Shown here: positions 18,604-27,809 of the stretch, in pieces
Layout: the number at the start of each line of letters is the position of its first letter
How positions within the stretch are numbered: the first letter of the stretch is position 1
Assembly (NCBI GenBank): GCA_036679645.1
Contig: JAZDCY010000016.1
Location: forward strand, 32,001-96,000
DNA length: 64,000 bases
Direction: 5' to 3'
Source: Gemmatimonadota bacterium
GTDB taxonomy: Bacteria > Gemmatimonadota > Gemmatimonadetes > Gemmatimonadales > GWC2-71-9
Position numbers and translations under genes: made by a program
The notes under the pieces: model-generated
Database searches by the model: none
What the model was told of the DNA's origin: nothing
Seen by the model: only the letters and a program-made list of their open reading frames with translations

Positions 18604-19276
18604 GGTGTACCTCCGGCGGCGTCGGGTGCTCGTAGGACATCACCCCGTTGACGATGCTCCAGTTCTGCTTAAAGGCGGGGTTCAGTTGACGGCGCTCCCA
18701 CATCGAATGCAACAGAGATGGTATGATGTCGTTGATGCTCGCCTCCGGTGCGGTGCCTTCGCGGAACGTGCCGAAGTAAGTGGGGACGAACTCCTTCCAT
18801 CCCAGACAAGGCGTGTAGAACGTCTGTCCGTGTGTCAAACGCTTCTCAAAAAGTCGCTTCAGCTCTGGTGCCCAGTCCTTTCCACGGCGGCGCCTCAACT
18901 GGGGACGGTCCTTTCCAACGGTGCTGCGCTTGACGCGCATCACACCATAGATGCGGTAGCAGACGTCCACGAGAATAGTCGCGTTGAGCTGGTAATTGTT
19001 GTTCCTCCTGATTTGGTCCTGCTTACGAAGGGGGCCACCGTAGTTGGTCACGTAGCGCTCGTATCTGATCGGGCAGCAGATTTCTACACGGGTCGGGTGG
19101 ATGTACGCGTGGGGCCGCCAAACCACTGCGTCAAACATTCCCCTGGCCGCCGAATACGTGGGCACTGGATACGAAATCGGCGTTGCCCCGGTATCGGGCC
19201 GCGTGAACATTGCCGCCGGGCCAGCGACCTCAAGTTGGACTACGTATTGAGTGTCGCTCCGGGACGGGTTCGGCAC
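18593..19276 (-). CDS. cas5: Cas5 (Cas5d-like; no cas6 in the locus)
   Basis: GPAAMFTRP, SYPVPTYSAARG, LVDVCYRI, PCLGWKEF. Confidence 0.92.
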   Translation of the reverse strand: MPNPSRSDTQYVVQLEVAGPAAMFTRPDTGATPISYPVPTYSAARGMFDAVVWRPHAYIHPTRVEICCPIRYERYVTNYGGPLRKQDQIRRNNNYQLNATILVDVCYRIYGVMRVKRSTVGKDRPQLRRRRGKDWAPELKRLFEKRLTHGQTFYTPCLGWKEFVPTYFGTFREGTAPEASINDIIPSLLHSMWERRQLNPAFKQNWSIVNGVMSYEHPTPPEVHRAQ

Positions 19277-19519
19277 AGTGTCTCCTCGCTCCCTCCGAGA
19301 CGGTGTAGCTCTCTTACGGTACCATCACTCCTGTCTCCTGGCGGAGTCGAGTACGCCACCCCGCGGATCGCCTTTCCGGCCCGTCCTGCGCCCGCACAGG
19401 GTCGCGTGCCCACGCCGCCTCCGTATTGACATTCCGCACGTCCCTCCTACCGCTACCTGCCTCCCACCCACTCACGCCTGGAGTCGTATCATGCATCGCT
19501 CTGCTACCGCCTCGCGGCC

Positions 19520-19873
19520 TCAGGTCTCTTCAGTGGGCTCCGACAACAGCGCGCCCGTCCGCTCGACCAGGCCGGGGAGTTCATCGCTGATGACCTGCCA
19601 GACAATCTCGTGGTCCAGCATGTCGTATCCGTGAACCAGGATGTTACGAAAGGCCACGATGCGGTCTACCTCACCGGCCCGCGCTGCGATCTCGGGAGTC
19701 ATTCGATGTAGCCGGTTCATCGCTTCGCCGATGATCTGGAGGTTGCGCTCCACCGCCTGACGCACCAGCCGGTTCTCCAGATACTCGGCCAGCGACGACT
19801 GCGCCGTGGCCTCGAGGACAAACGAGCCGGCGTCGCGGACGTCTTCCAAGAGCTTCAGCGCCTCAGGCTGCAT
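19520..19873 (-). CDS. HepT/DUF86-like HEPN RNase toxin
   Basis: AVERNLQIIGEA and RNILVHGY (R-x4-H-x-Y). Confidence 0.9.
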   Translation of the reverse strand: MQPEALKLLEDVRDAGSFVLEATAQSSLAEYLENRLVRQAVERNLQIIGEAMNRLHRMTPEIAARAGEVDRIVAFRNILVHGYDMLDHEIVWQVISDELPGLVERTGALLSEPTEET

Positions 19874-20171
19874 ACAACTCCTGGCGGCTCCGCTCGACTG
19901 CCGCAATGAAGTACGGGTTTCTCAACGACCGGCGCGTGAGGAGATCGACGTCCCGGGCAAGAAGTTCCCGGAGCCCGTCCCAGAGACCGAAGTATTGATC
20001 CGCCAGCGTCATCTCCCCGGTATGCTGGAACTCCACCAGGAGATCCAGATCACTGTGGTCGGGGTCGAACGCGCCAGTGGTCGCCGAGCCGAATACGTCG
20101 AGCCGAGAAACGTGGTAGCTGCGGCAGAGCTGCTGGATGGCCGCCTGGTTCTGCTCAAGCAATGATATCAT
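19863..20171 (-). CDS. MNT antitoxin (MntA-like)
   Basis: VFGSATTGAFDPDHSDLDLLVEF...RDVDL...NPYF; overlaps the HEPN start. Confidence 0.9.
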   Translation of the reverse strand: MISLLEQNQAAIQQLCRSYHVSRLDVFGSATTGAFDPDHSDLDLLVEFQHTGEMTLADQYFGLWDGLRELLARDVDLLTRRSLRNPYFIAAVERSRQELYAA

Positions 20172-20369
20172 CTGCTCTTGCCTCGCAGCTGTGGGACACC
20201 CGCCCCGAGCGGACCCGAAGAGACACCGAAGCGCCGACCTTGGCAAGGTGTCTCATTCCGCCCCCTACGCGAGTTGGCAACACCGTCACGAGCGTGCCAA
20301 TACGGCGCTGCATCCAAGGCGCTCTCCCTAATTTCCCCTCCCGCCGCTCCCGCCCCACCACGCCCCGCG

Positions 20370-20525
20370 CCCTCCGCCGCTCGGTGTCCTCCAGGGATTC
20401 GTAGGCGTAGTTGTTGAGAAAGCTCTCCAACAGCTCGAGCTCCACCCGTGCACGTCGCGCAACTGCCGGATGGTCGGATCCGCGATCGTCGCTGTAGCGC
20501 CGGCGCGCCGTCTACCAACTGCCAT
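20370..20525 (-). pseudogene. Degenerate fragment of a hypothetical gene, possibly paralogous to 20871-21638
   Basis: SD + ATG at 20525 (…IADPTIRQL), frameshift into ELLESFLNNYAYESLEDTERRR; weak similarity judged by eye. Confidence 0.35.
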
Positions 20526-20558
20526 CGGGATCTCCCTCCGTCGTTTCCGCCGACCTAA

Positions 20559-20791
20559 CATCCCTCGACGGTCATCATTCCACTCACCACCAATCCGACA
20601 GACGATGCGGAGCCTCTCCGCGTGCGTGCCCCCCCGGCGGACGATTGCGCGGGGACCCCGATCTGCTGATCGACCAGCTCCGAGCCATCGACAACCGCCG
20701 CCGGATACGAGGCCCGCTCACCCGCCTCGACGGCGCCCTCATGCGGCGTGTCGGATTGGCCATCCGTGAGGTCGTCGATCTGGTCGAGTAG
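20559..20791 (+). pseudogene. PemK/MazF-family toxin remnant (5'-truncated, frameshifted)
   Basis: HPSTVIIPLTTN..DDAEPLRVR, then frameshift to DLLIDQLRAIDNRR..GPLTRL...EVVDLVE*. Confidence 0.78.
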
Positions 20792-20870
20792 CGCCCGTTG
20801 CCGATGCAGCGACGGACCGCCAGCCCAACTCCACACAAGATCACCCCCCCTGTGACACTCCACCCGCGAA

Positions 20871-21638
20871 TCAAGCCACCCCGAGCGGATCCACAGGCAC
20901 AACCTGCCCCACGCTATCCAGATGCCACCGGCCCCCCTCCGCCAGTAACGTGCACCAGAGGTCCCAGCCCCTCTCCAGCAGCGCGCCGGCCCGCACCGGC
21001 ACCTTGATCGGGCCGTAAAGAGCCGGCTCCTGATACCGCGGCCGCAGCCACAGCAGCCCGGGCTCGATCCGTGTTACCTCAAAACAGGTATGCTCCGCGT
21101 CGGCGTCGAGGTCCCACACCGGAGCGCGCCCGCGGCACGCGCGAGCCAGTCGTTTCTTAGCCCGCTCGGCCCGGAGCAGTTTGCCCTGAAGACGGCGGGC
21201 CAGCCGCGCTATGTCGGCCGCCACTGTTGCATCCACGTACCCCTCGTCCGCTAACCACAGCGCAAACTGCTCCAGCTCCGGTAGCAGCTCGGGCGTCTGC
21301 CTCAAGTGAAGCAGCATGGTGTCGCCCAGCCATGAGATCACAAACTCCCGCAGCACCGTCGGCAGGTGTTCGCGGCCGACGCTCTCGCCGCGCGACGCCC
21401 GTGCATCCCCTGGTTGCCTCGTGGGGTGCCGCGCGTGTATCTGATGCTCGCCGCAACTCGGCTGCTCCAGTCCGGGATCGGCGTCGTGCAGATAGATAGA
21501 GAGCGCAGCACAGAGCTGGGTCGCATCGCGGCCCTGTCCAGAGGCCGCCAGCTCATACGCGGCGCCGATTTCGTCGATCGTGGGCGATGCCCCCTCCGGG
21601 ACCGGAGGCTGAGCGACGCCGCGATTCCAATACATCAC
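20871..21638 (-). CDS. Hypothetical protein
   Basis: 255-aa ORF with plausible SD; beta-rich C-terminus FEVTRIEPG...GPIKVP...GW...WHL. Confidence 0.6.
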   Translation of the reverse strand: MMYWNRGVAQPPVPEGASPTIDEIGAAYELAASGQGRDATQLCAALSIYLHDADPGLEQPSCGEHQIHARHPTRQPGDARASRGESVGREHLPTVLREFVISWLGDTMLLHLRQTPELLPELEQFALWLADEGYVDATVAADIARLARRLQGKLLRAERAKKRLARACRGRAPVWDLDADAEHTCFEVTRIEPGLLWLRPRYQEPALYGPIKVPVRAGALLERGWDLWCTLLAEGGRWHLDSVGQVVPVDPLGVA

Positions 21639-21668
21639 GATTCCCTGTCTTGCTCCTGCACGAGGGCC

Positions 21669-22670
21669 CTAATGGTCCGCCCGGCCTCCGCTCGCACGCC
21701 CCTCCTCAACCAGCTTGATCCGCCGTTCCCGAGGCCCGAACGCCGCCGGGAACCGCACCACCCGATCGTACAGCGGCGCCCGCCGCATCATGTGCTCGTC
21801 GTCCGCCGGCGCGTCTGGCCCCCAGCTCTCGGCTTCCGATGGCCATTCCTCGATGAGCCCCATCGAGGCGAGCGGGATCAGGAAGCCGAGTTCCACCGTG
21901 GTGCCAACCAACCAGGGTGGGACGTCCTGCACGTCCCTCGTCCACGGAGGCGAGAGCATGAGGCCCAGCTCGGCGGGAATCCACCAGTTCCCGTCCACCT
22001 GTCCGAGACCCCACATCTCGTAGGCCTCGCCGCCCTGGTGCATCACTGGCCCTTCAGGGAGCGGAAGCAGCAGCGTGTCCCGCACGTTTGCGTTGCGGAA
22101 CAGCGCGCGGAGCAGCCGCGTGTAGAGGGATCCTGCGCCTTCGGGCGTGGCCAACCGCCGGCCCAGTGGGGTCAGCTCGTAGCTCCCAGTGCGCACCCGC
22201 AGACAGCCGAGATAGCGGGCCGTCTCCCGCATCTGCGTAACCGGCAACCACTCCTCGCCGCGCATCCAGGGGGGCTCCTCGTCGTCCTCCAGCAAGTCGG
22301 CATCCTCCGGTCCTGGCGGCGGGGCGCTGCGCGACCAGAGGCGCTCGCCGAGGGTGGAGGCGAAGTGGCCCTCGAACGTCCCATCGCGCCGCGCCGGTAC
22401 GCGGCCCGCGTCGGCCAGGGCCAGGAGCAGCTCGCGCAAGTCGGCGAAGTAGCTCGCATCCCCCAGCTCGTCCAACCGCACGTTGCGGTTCAGCCGCAGC
22501 GGTCCCCGCGTGTACCAGTCGCCGGCCAGCAACTTGCGGACCTCGGACGGCGACAGGCCGAACAGATCGGGACGCCGCGCGTAATCCTCGGCGTCCACCG
22601 CGGGATGGGAGCCGAGCTGCTCGAGTAACAGGCGGCTGTCGCGCGCTTGGGACGGGAAGGCGTGGCGCAT
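21669..22670 (-). CDS. Hypothetical protein (possible winged-helix segment)
   Basis: Long ORF; LRVRTGSYELTPLGRRL resembles a wHTH wing; start uncertain (ORF open to 22772). Confidence 0.6.
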   Translation of the reverse strand: MRHAFPSQARDSRLLLEQLGSHPAVDAEDYARRPDLFGLSPSEVRKLLAGDWYTRGPLRLNRNVRLDELGDASYFADLRELLLALADAGRVPARRDGTFEGHFASTLGERLWSRSAPPPGPEDADLLEDDEEPPWMRGEEWLPVTQMRETARYLGCLRVRTGSYELTPLGRRLATPEGAGSLYTRLLRALFRNANVRDTLLLPLPEGPVMHQGGEAYEMWGLGQVDGNWWIPAELGLMLSPPWTRDVQDVPPWLVGTTVELGFLIPLASMGLIEEWPSEAESWGPDAPADDEHMMRRAPLYDRVVRFPAAFGPRERRIKLVEEGRASGGRADH

Positions 22671-22841
22671 TGCCCGTCGCACACGGGTCGCGGTGGTTGT
22701 ACCGGTCCCGGCCCATCGCTCGTTTGACACGAAGGTGAATCTGCATCCCGAGACGTGCGGCCGAAACCCCAATTGGGCGCGTGTCGCATTTTGCGTGTTG
22801 CCTGTTGCACTTCTGCGGCACCCGCTCTGTAGCCCGACTCC

Positions 22842-23897
22842 TCACACGATAGCCATCGCGTCGCCGTAGCTGTAGAGGCGATATCGCTGAGCTACGGCCT
22901 CCCGATACGCCGCCATCGCATGGTCGTATCCCGCGAATGCCGCAACCAGCATCAGCAGTGTCGATCGCGGCAGATGGAAATTGGTAAGTAACCCATCGAT
23001 AACACGGAATGTGTATGGGGGGTGGATGAACAGATCGGTCCATCCCGATCCCGCCACGATACCCGACGCTGCGCCGTCGCTCGCCCGAGTGCTCGCGGCT
23101 ACCGTTTCCAGCGTCCGTGCAGCGGTGGTCCCGACAGCCCAAATACGGTGCCCGGCCGCCTTTGCGCGATTGACCGTCTCCGCCGTGCGTTCCGATACCG
23201 CGTACCACTCGGCGTGCATCACGTGTTGGGTGGGATCATCTACCTCTACGGGCTTGAACGTGCCCGGCCCGACATGCAGCACGACCTCCGCGATCTCCGC
23301 GCCGCGATCACGGATGGCGTCCAGCAGGTCGACAGTAAAGTGCAGGCCGGCGGTTGGCGCCGCGACGCTCCCTTCTTCACGGGCGTACACAGTCTGGTAG
23401 CGCTCGCGATCGGTCTCGTCGGCGGGACGCTCGATGTAGGGAGGCAATGGGACCGCGCCGTACCGGTCCATGAGCGTGGCGACATCGAGTCCGGCAAAGC
23501 GCATGCGACGCAGCCCGCCGCCCACGACATCGACGACGGTGCCGGTGGCGTCATCGCCAAAGGCGACCTGCCGCCCGGCCTTGAGCTTGCCACCCGGGTG
23601 CACCATGGCGAGCCAACTTCCGTCGGGCTCCTCGTGGACCAGCAGCACCTCCGCCGGGCGGCCGTTGTCGCGCACGCCGGTGAGACGAGCGGGAATCACC
23701 TTGCTCGTGTTGATCACGAGCACGTCGCCCGGTTGGATCAGGTCGGGGAAGTCGGCGAACGCCCGGTGTGCGCTGGTACCGCTCTGGCGGTTGAGCACCA
23801 GCAACCGGCTCGCGCTCCGTTCGGGCGTGGGATACTGCGCGATGAGGTCGGCCGGATACGTATAGTCGAAGTCCGCTGCGTTGTATCGTGTCGTCAC
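22842..23897 (-). CDS. queA: S-adenosylmethionine:tRNA ribosyltransferase-isomerase
   Basis: LIAQYP, PLPPYI, YQTVYA, AAPTAGLHF, LHVGPGTF, TNFHLPRS, YSYGDAM. Confidence 0.97.
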   Translation of the reverse strand: MTTRYNAADFDYTYPADLIAQYPTPERSASRLLVLNRQSGTSAHRAFADFPDLIQPGDVLVINTSKVIPARLTGVRDNGRPAEVLLVHEEPDGSWLAMVHPGGKLKAGRQVAFGDDATGTVVDVVGGGLRRMRFAGLDVATLMDRYGAVPLPPYIERPADETDRERYQTVYAREEGSVAAPTAGLHFTVDLLDAIRDRGAEIAEVVLHVGPGTFKPVEVDDPTQHVMHAEWYAVSERTAETVNRAKAAGHRIWAVGTTAARTLETVAASTRASDGAASGIVAGSGWTDLFIHPPYTFRVIDGLLTNFHLPRSTLLMLVAAFAGYDHAMAAYREAVAQRYRLYSYGDAMAIV

Positions 23898-26110
23898 CGC
23901 GGCCCACGCCGTAGAGGCGTACTCGTGACCTCGAACCGACGTGATACGGTCGCCGCCTGACCGGTCGAGCGATCGACGACCGTGAGTTCGATCTCGTAGG
24001 TCACCTGTTGATCGCTCCGGAGATCGAGCACGAGGTATTCGGCTTGGGCTGCGCCAGGGTCTATTGCGACGTCGTTGTCGTACTCCAGAACCACCCTATC
24101 GTCTCCCAGGGCCGAGAGACCGGTCGCGTCGCCGATCCCGCCCAGAACTTGCGCAAACACGCCGTGCCGCTCGATCGCGTCCACCCGCACGGCGAGTCGA
24201 ACGGTGTAATGCGCCACCCCGCTCGAATCCGGTTGGAGATTGTACATCTCCCAGAGGAACGCCACCGGATCACCCGGCGCAAACCGGGCGGCGCTGGGCA
24301 CAATGAGAAAGTCACTCCATCTGCGGAACGTCGAATCCCGGGCTTCCAGGCGCCGCGCAACCAGTATATCGGAAAGAAGAAGCGTATCGCCCGTGAAGTC
24401 CCGCACGCTGAGCATCCCGCTGCTGCGTGCGGCCCGTTGTATCGTGGGGAGTTCGGCTTCCACGCGAACGAGGTACTCTCCCGGTGCCAGGGCGAGCCGC
24501 CAGGTGCGCGTGTCGAGCTGCGTGGTATCACCGGCGGTGGCCATGTGCTCGCGGACCTCGCGCACCACGTCGTGCAAGGATCCGTCTTTCACGATGATAC
24601 CGGTGGTTACCGGCACGCGATCGATGTCGACGTTGGCCAGGCGGCCCAGGGGAGCGAAACTGTAGGCCAATACATCGGTGGCCGTCGTGTCGTCGGGCCG
24701 AAACTGTGCCAACTGGACGTGAATGGTGTCCATCTCCGCGACGGTCGGCACGTTGTCGAAGCGGACCGGATGGTTGTGTTGGTTCTCCTGGTAGACAGCG
24801 CGTCCACGCTCGAAACCAGCAAGGCGCGTCCGCGTGAACCCGGGGACCCCGCCGAAGAGAAATCGCAGTCTCGGACGATTGTAAACCCACGCTGTCAGTA
24901 CGTCCGGACTCTCCTCGCGGGTGAGGCGGTCCCGTCCGAGTACCGCCCAGATGTCCGGCGGCCCCCAGCGGACGTACACGCGCCCGCGATCGGTGTCGTA
25001 ACCCGCGTGCCCTTCCAGGTCGTCGGACCACCGATGGTACACGTAGGTGATACGCGCGAAGTATTCCGTCTCCGGTTCGTTGACGTTGCGCAGGAACAGG
25101 GGCTGGCCGGCCGCCCAGTAGAGACGGCGCAGCTCCTCCTGCTGGGCAGGCTGCCGTTCGGAGTATTGCGGGCGATCTGCAGCACGCAGGATGAGCGTGA
25201 GGTTGTCGTACGGCTCCCGTTCCTGTGGCGTCATGCGTGTGAACGCCGTGTCGAATGCCGCTTGTGCCTCCTGCCAGCGGTTCATTCGGGCAAGGGCGAG
25301 CCCGAGAACAGCCCAGCTCTTCCCGCTGTCCGGCGCAGCCCGCACGATGCGACGTGCGAGTTCGTGGGCCTCGGCCCGTCGCGCATCGTCACCGAGCACC
25401 ACCGCGAGCAAGCCGGCGGCGCGCACGTGCCTCGGATTCGCGTCAAGGGCCCAGCGCAGGTACTCCTCTGCCTTCCGTTTCTGACGATCACCGGGATGTC
25501 CCGGATCGGGTCTCGTGTAGACCTGGAAAACGCGCTGCGCGTAGCGCCAATCGGCGTAGAACAGGCTGTCATCGATGCCCGTGATGTCGCCACTGAAGAG
25601 GTAGCGGTGACCCATCTGCTCGTACCGCTCCCACTCCACACGCGCCGCTCGGTATCCGACATCGGCGACAACGAGCCCGCGGGCTCCGCGGCGTGCAGCG
25701 GCGACGGACGAATCCACGAGATCCATTACGCGAAAGCGTGAGACCATCGAGGTCTTGGTGCGGAGCAGTTCGGCCCACGCGAGCCAGTATTGGGCCGAAT
25801 CGGGAGCGATCTCGGTGGCGCGCCGGAAGTGCCGCTCTGCCCGGTTCCGGTCCCAGTTGCGCCGCCGGCGGAGGCTCAACGTAGTGTCCGGCGTGCCGAG
25901 AAAGAGCGCGCGGTGCAATCGTCCGAGACGATAGTGCGCGTCAGCGTCGTCTGGATGCCGGCGCAAGATCGCGTCGAACGCCATGAGTGCGCCAATCGTG
26001 TCACCGGCAGCGGCGAGGCTGTCTGCCGCGACCGACGTCTGCGCTCCGGCCCGGCCGACCGGTGTGAGGAGGAGAGCCGTGCCGAACAACGTGTACGGAA
26101 TGAACCGCAT
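23894..26110 (-). CDS. Secreted TPR + GWxTD-domain protein (paralogue 3)
   Basis: Signal peptide, TPR-like repeats, GYDTDRGRVYVRWGPPD. Confidence 0.85.
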   Translation of the reverse strand: MRFIPYTLFGTALLLTPVGRAGAQTSVAADSLAAAGDTIGALMAFDAILRRHPDDADAHYRLGRLHRALFLGTPDTTLSLRRRRNWDRNRAERHFRRATEIAPDSAQYWLAWAELLRTKTSMVSRFRVMDLVDSSVAAARRGARGLVVADVGYRAARVEWERYEQMGHRYLFSGDITGIDDSLFYADWRYAQRVFQVYTRPDPGHPGDRQKRKAEEYLRWALDANPRHVRAAGLLAVVLGDDARRAEAHELARRIVRAAPDSGKSWAVLGLALARMNRWQEAQAAFDTAFTRMTPQEREPYDNLTLILRAADRPQYSERQPAQQEELRRLYWAAGQPLFLRNVNEPETEYFARITYVYHRWSDDLEGHAGYDTDRGRVYVRWGPPDIWAVLGRDRLTREESPDVLTAWVYNRPRLRFLFGGVPGFTRTRLAGFERGRAVYQENQHNHPVRFDNVPTVAEMDTIHVQLAQFRPDDTTATDVLAYSFAPLGRLANVDIDRVPVTTGIIVKDGSLHDVVREVREHMATAGDTTQLDTRTWRLALAPGEYLVRVEAELPTIQRAARSSGMLSVRDFTGDTLLLSDILVARRLEARDSTFRRWSDFLIVPSAARFAPGDPVAFLWEMYNLQPDSSGVAHYTVRLAVRVDAIERHGVFAQVLGGIGDATGLSALGDDRVVLEYDNDVAIDPGAAQAEYLVLDLRSDQQVTYEIELTVVDRSTGQAATVSRRFEVTSTPLRRGPR

Positions 26111-26332
26111 GCCAACCACCAGCGGAGTCGATTCGAAAGATGACTCCGCCGCGAGTGTTCGGGAACCGCTACGCCATCGACCGGGTCCTCGCGGCGTGAA
26201 AGGCAGCGAGGACTGCGGTCACCAGGAGCCTGCTATGTACCAAGGCGGCCTCGGCATGAGTGAGGGCGCTGGGGTCGGAGTCAATCTCGAAACGGACTGG
26301 GCCCGGGGTTCCTCACGGCCTCGCATTGCGGG

Positions 26333-26880
26333 GTGGTGTTCGCCGGCGTCGATGGGGCCGATTATCATCAGCCGGTTCCGACCAATTTCGTTGGGAATGA
26401 AGTGGTCGACCCCGCCGGCGTGCCCGGGTGCCACACGCCAGAGATCCCGTGTCGCTATAGTGATGCAGCATTCATCTCATATTTGACAGGCGGACTGTCG
26501 GAGCATGGCGTGATTGCCCGGACCGAGGGTCCGGGGAGCCTCAAGATCTCGTCGTCGACCCCGCGTTTCTTCATCCAGGACGCACCACTCGGTTTCACAC
26601 CCTTCGGGACGGTGATCAACAAAATGGGACGGACGACGGGATAGACGCAGGGTTTCGTCAGCGGCACGTGCGTCGACGTCGACAGCGTAAGCTCACCCCC
26701 GTTCGTCTACACGCTCTTGTGCCAGGGGGTAGGTTTCTACGTGTCGGGAGGTGGCGACAGTGGCGGAACCATCTTCACCTGGGATGGTATCGGGTCGTCT
26801 ATTGATTCTTGGGGCATGCACGTTGCTTCCTTCGACCATTCAAATACTTTAGCTACTGGATGCACATATCGTTTGAACTT
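26333..26880 (+). pseudogene. Trypsin-like (S1) serine protease remnant
   Basis: SDAAF...KMGRTTG*TQGFVSGTCVD...LCQ...GGDSGG; in-frame TAG at 26642-26644 where Trp is expected; catalytic His region absent; ends approximate. Confidence 0.7.
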
Positions 26881-26948
26881 GGGGATGCGCTGGGGGTTAT
26901 GGACCCCGTGTTCGGTGGGGGTGGGGGCGAAGGCCCAGGAGGTCCAGG

Positions 26949-27470
26949 ATGACTCGATCTCAAAGTTGGCGTGTAGCTGGCATCGTGGCCATCGCGGCTT
27001 TCGCTTGCACCGAGCAATCGGGACTCACCGACGGATTCGACGTGCCTGAACTGGATATCGATGTCCTGCGCGGTCAGCTTGAACGCGACGTCGTGATAAC
27101 GATGTCGTTCGACACACTGCCCTCCGGGAACGTGACGGCACTCCGACCCGTCGTGCACGCGGAGAACACCGGCCAGCGCGACTTCCAGGTTCTCGTGGGT
27201 GGATGTCCATGGCGGTTCACCATGTATGACAATGCTGACCTGTCTGGGGATCCGATCTGGCGTGCGCCGAGAGCGTGTGGCGATCCCCTGGTAGGGTTCA
27301 CTATCCGGAGCGGTGAGGCGGTGGAGTGGTCCGGTCCGGCAGTCGGGATGGAGACCATCATCGCCGACCATGGGATCGGGGATTACTTCTTCGCGGTGGA
27401 ACTCACCATTGACGTGCCGGCCATACGCACCGGCGAGATACCCGGTGGTTCCGTACGGTTCGAACGGTGA
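26949..27470 (+). CDS. Hypothetical lipoprotein
   Basis: Signal peptide with lipobox AFAC; GGAGG upstream. Confidence 0.7.
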   Translation: MTRSQSWRVAGIVAIAAFACTEQSGLTDGFDVPELDIDVLRGQLERDVVITMSFDTLPSGNVTALRPVVHAENTGQRDFQVLVGGCPWRFTMYDNADLSGDPIWRAPRACGDPLVGFTIRSGEAVEWSGPAVGMETIIADHGIGDYFFAVELTIDVPAIRTGEIPGGSVRFER

Positions 27471-27809
27471 GCTCGGTCAGGTGAGCACCGTCTGATAGAC
27501 GCTGCGACAGGCTGGCTGAGACGCCGGCCTGTCCGCGTTTTGTGGTGAAGGAGCAAGCCATGGCGGGAGGGGAGAGCAGTGCGCCGACAGCAGGTCGGAC
27601 GAGCAGCGGCAGAAAGGAGGGGGCAGCCTACTCCCCCTCTTTCGCCCTTCATCGGTTCGGCGTCAACCCACATCGGGAAACACATTGCCTGAACGGGGAT
27701 TAACCCGTTTGCCCGTGGCACGAGGTGCTGATCCGGAGCCGCAACGGGAATCTTGCCTGCGGCGGAGGCGATGCCGCGCTCCGGATCCGCCGCGTAGAAG
27801 CGAGCGAGG

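Larger units (their letters stand above)
7044..22899. mobile_element. Genomic island inserted in the 3' end of queA carrying CRISPR-Cas, TA modules and an IS21
   Basis: Direct repeats of the queA tail at both ends; interrupts the conserved queA-tgt adjacency; accessory gene content; no integrase seen. Confidence 0.82.

Noticed and set aside
19277..19519. Degenerate repeat or CreA-like regulatory mini-array upstream of cas5
   Set aside because: Only short hairpins (ACTC...GAGT); no convincing match to the repeat or its ATTGAAAC end; a covariance search would be needed
24008..25741. Long antisense ORFs (this one, 39282-40742, 51474-52802, 56591-58078 and others)
   Set aside because: Shadow frames of real genes in high-GC DNA; no recognisable motifs
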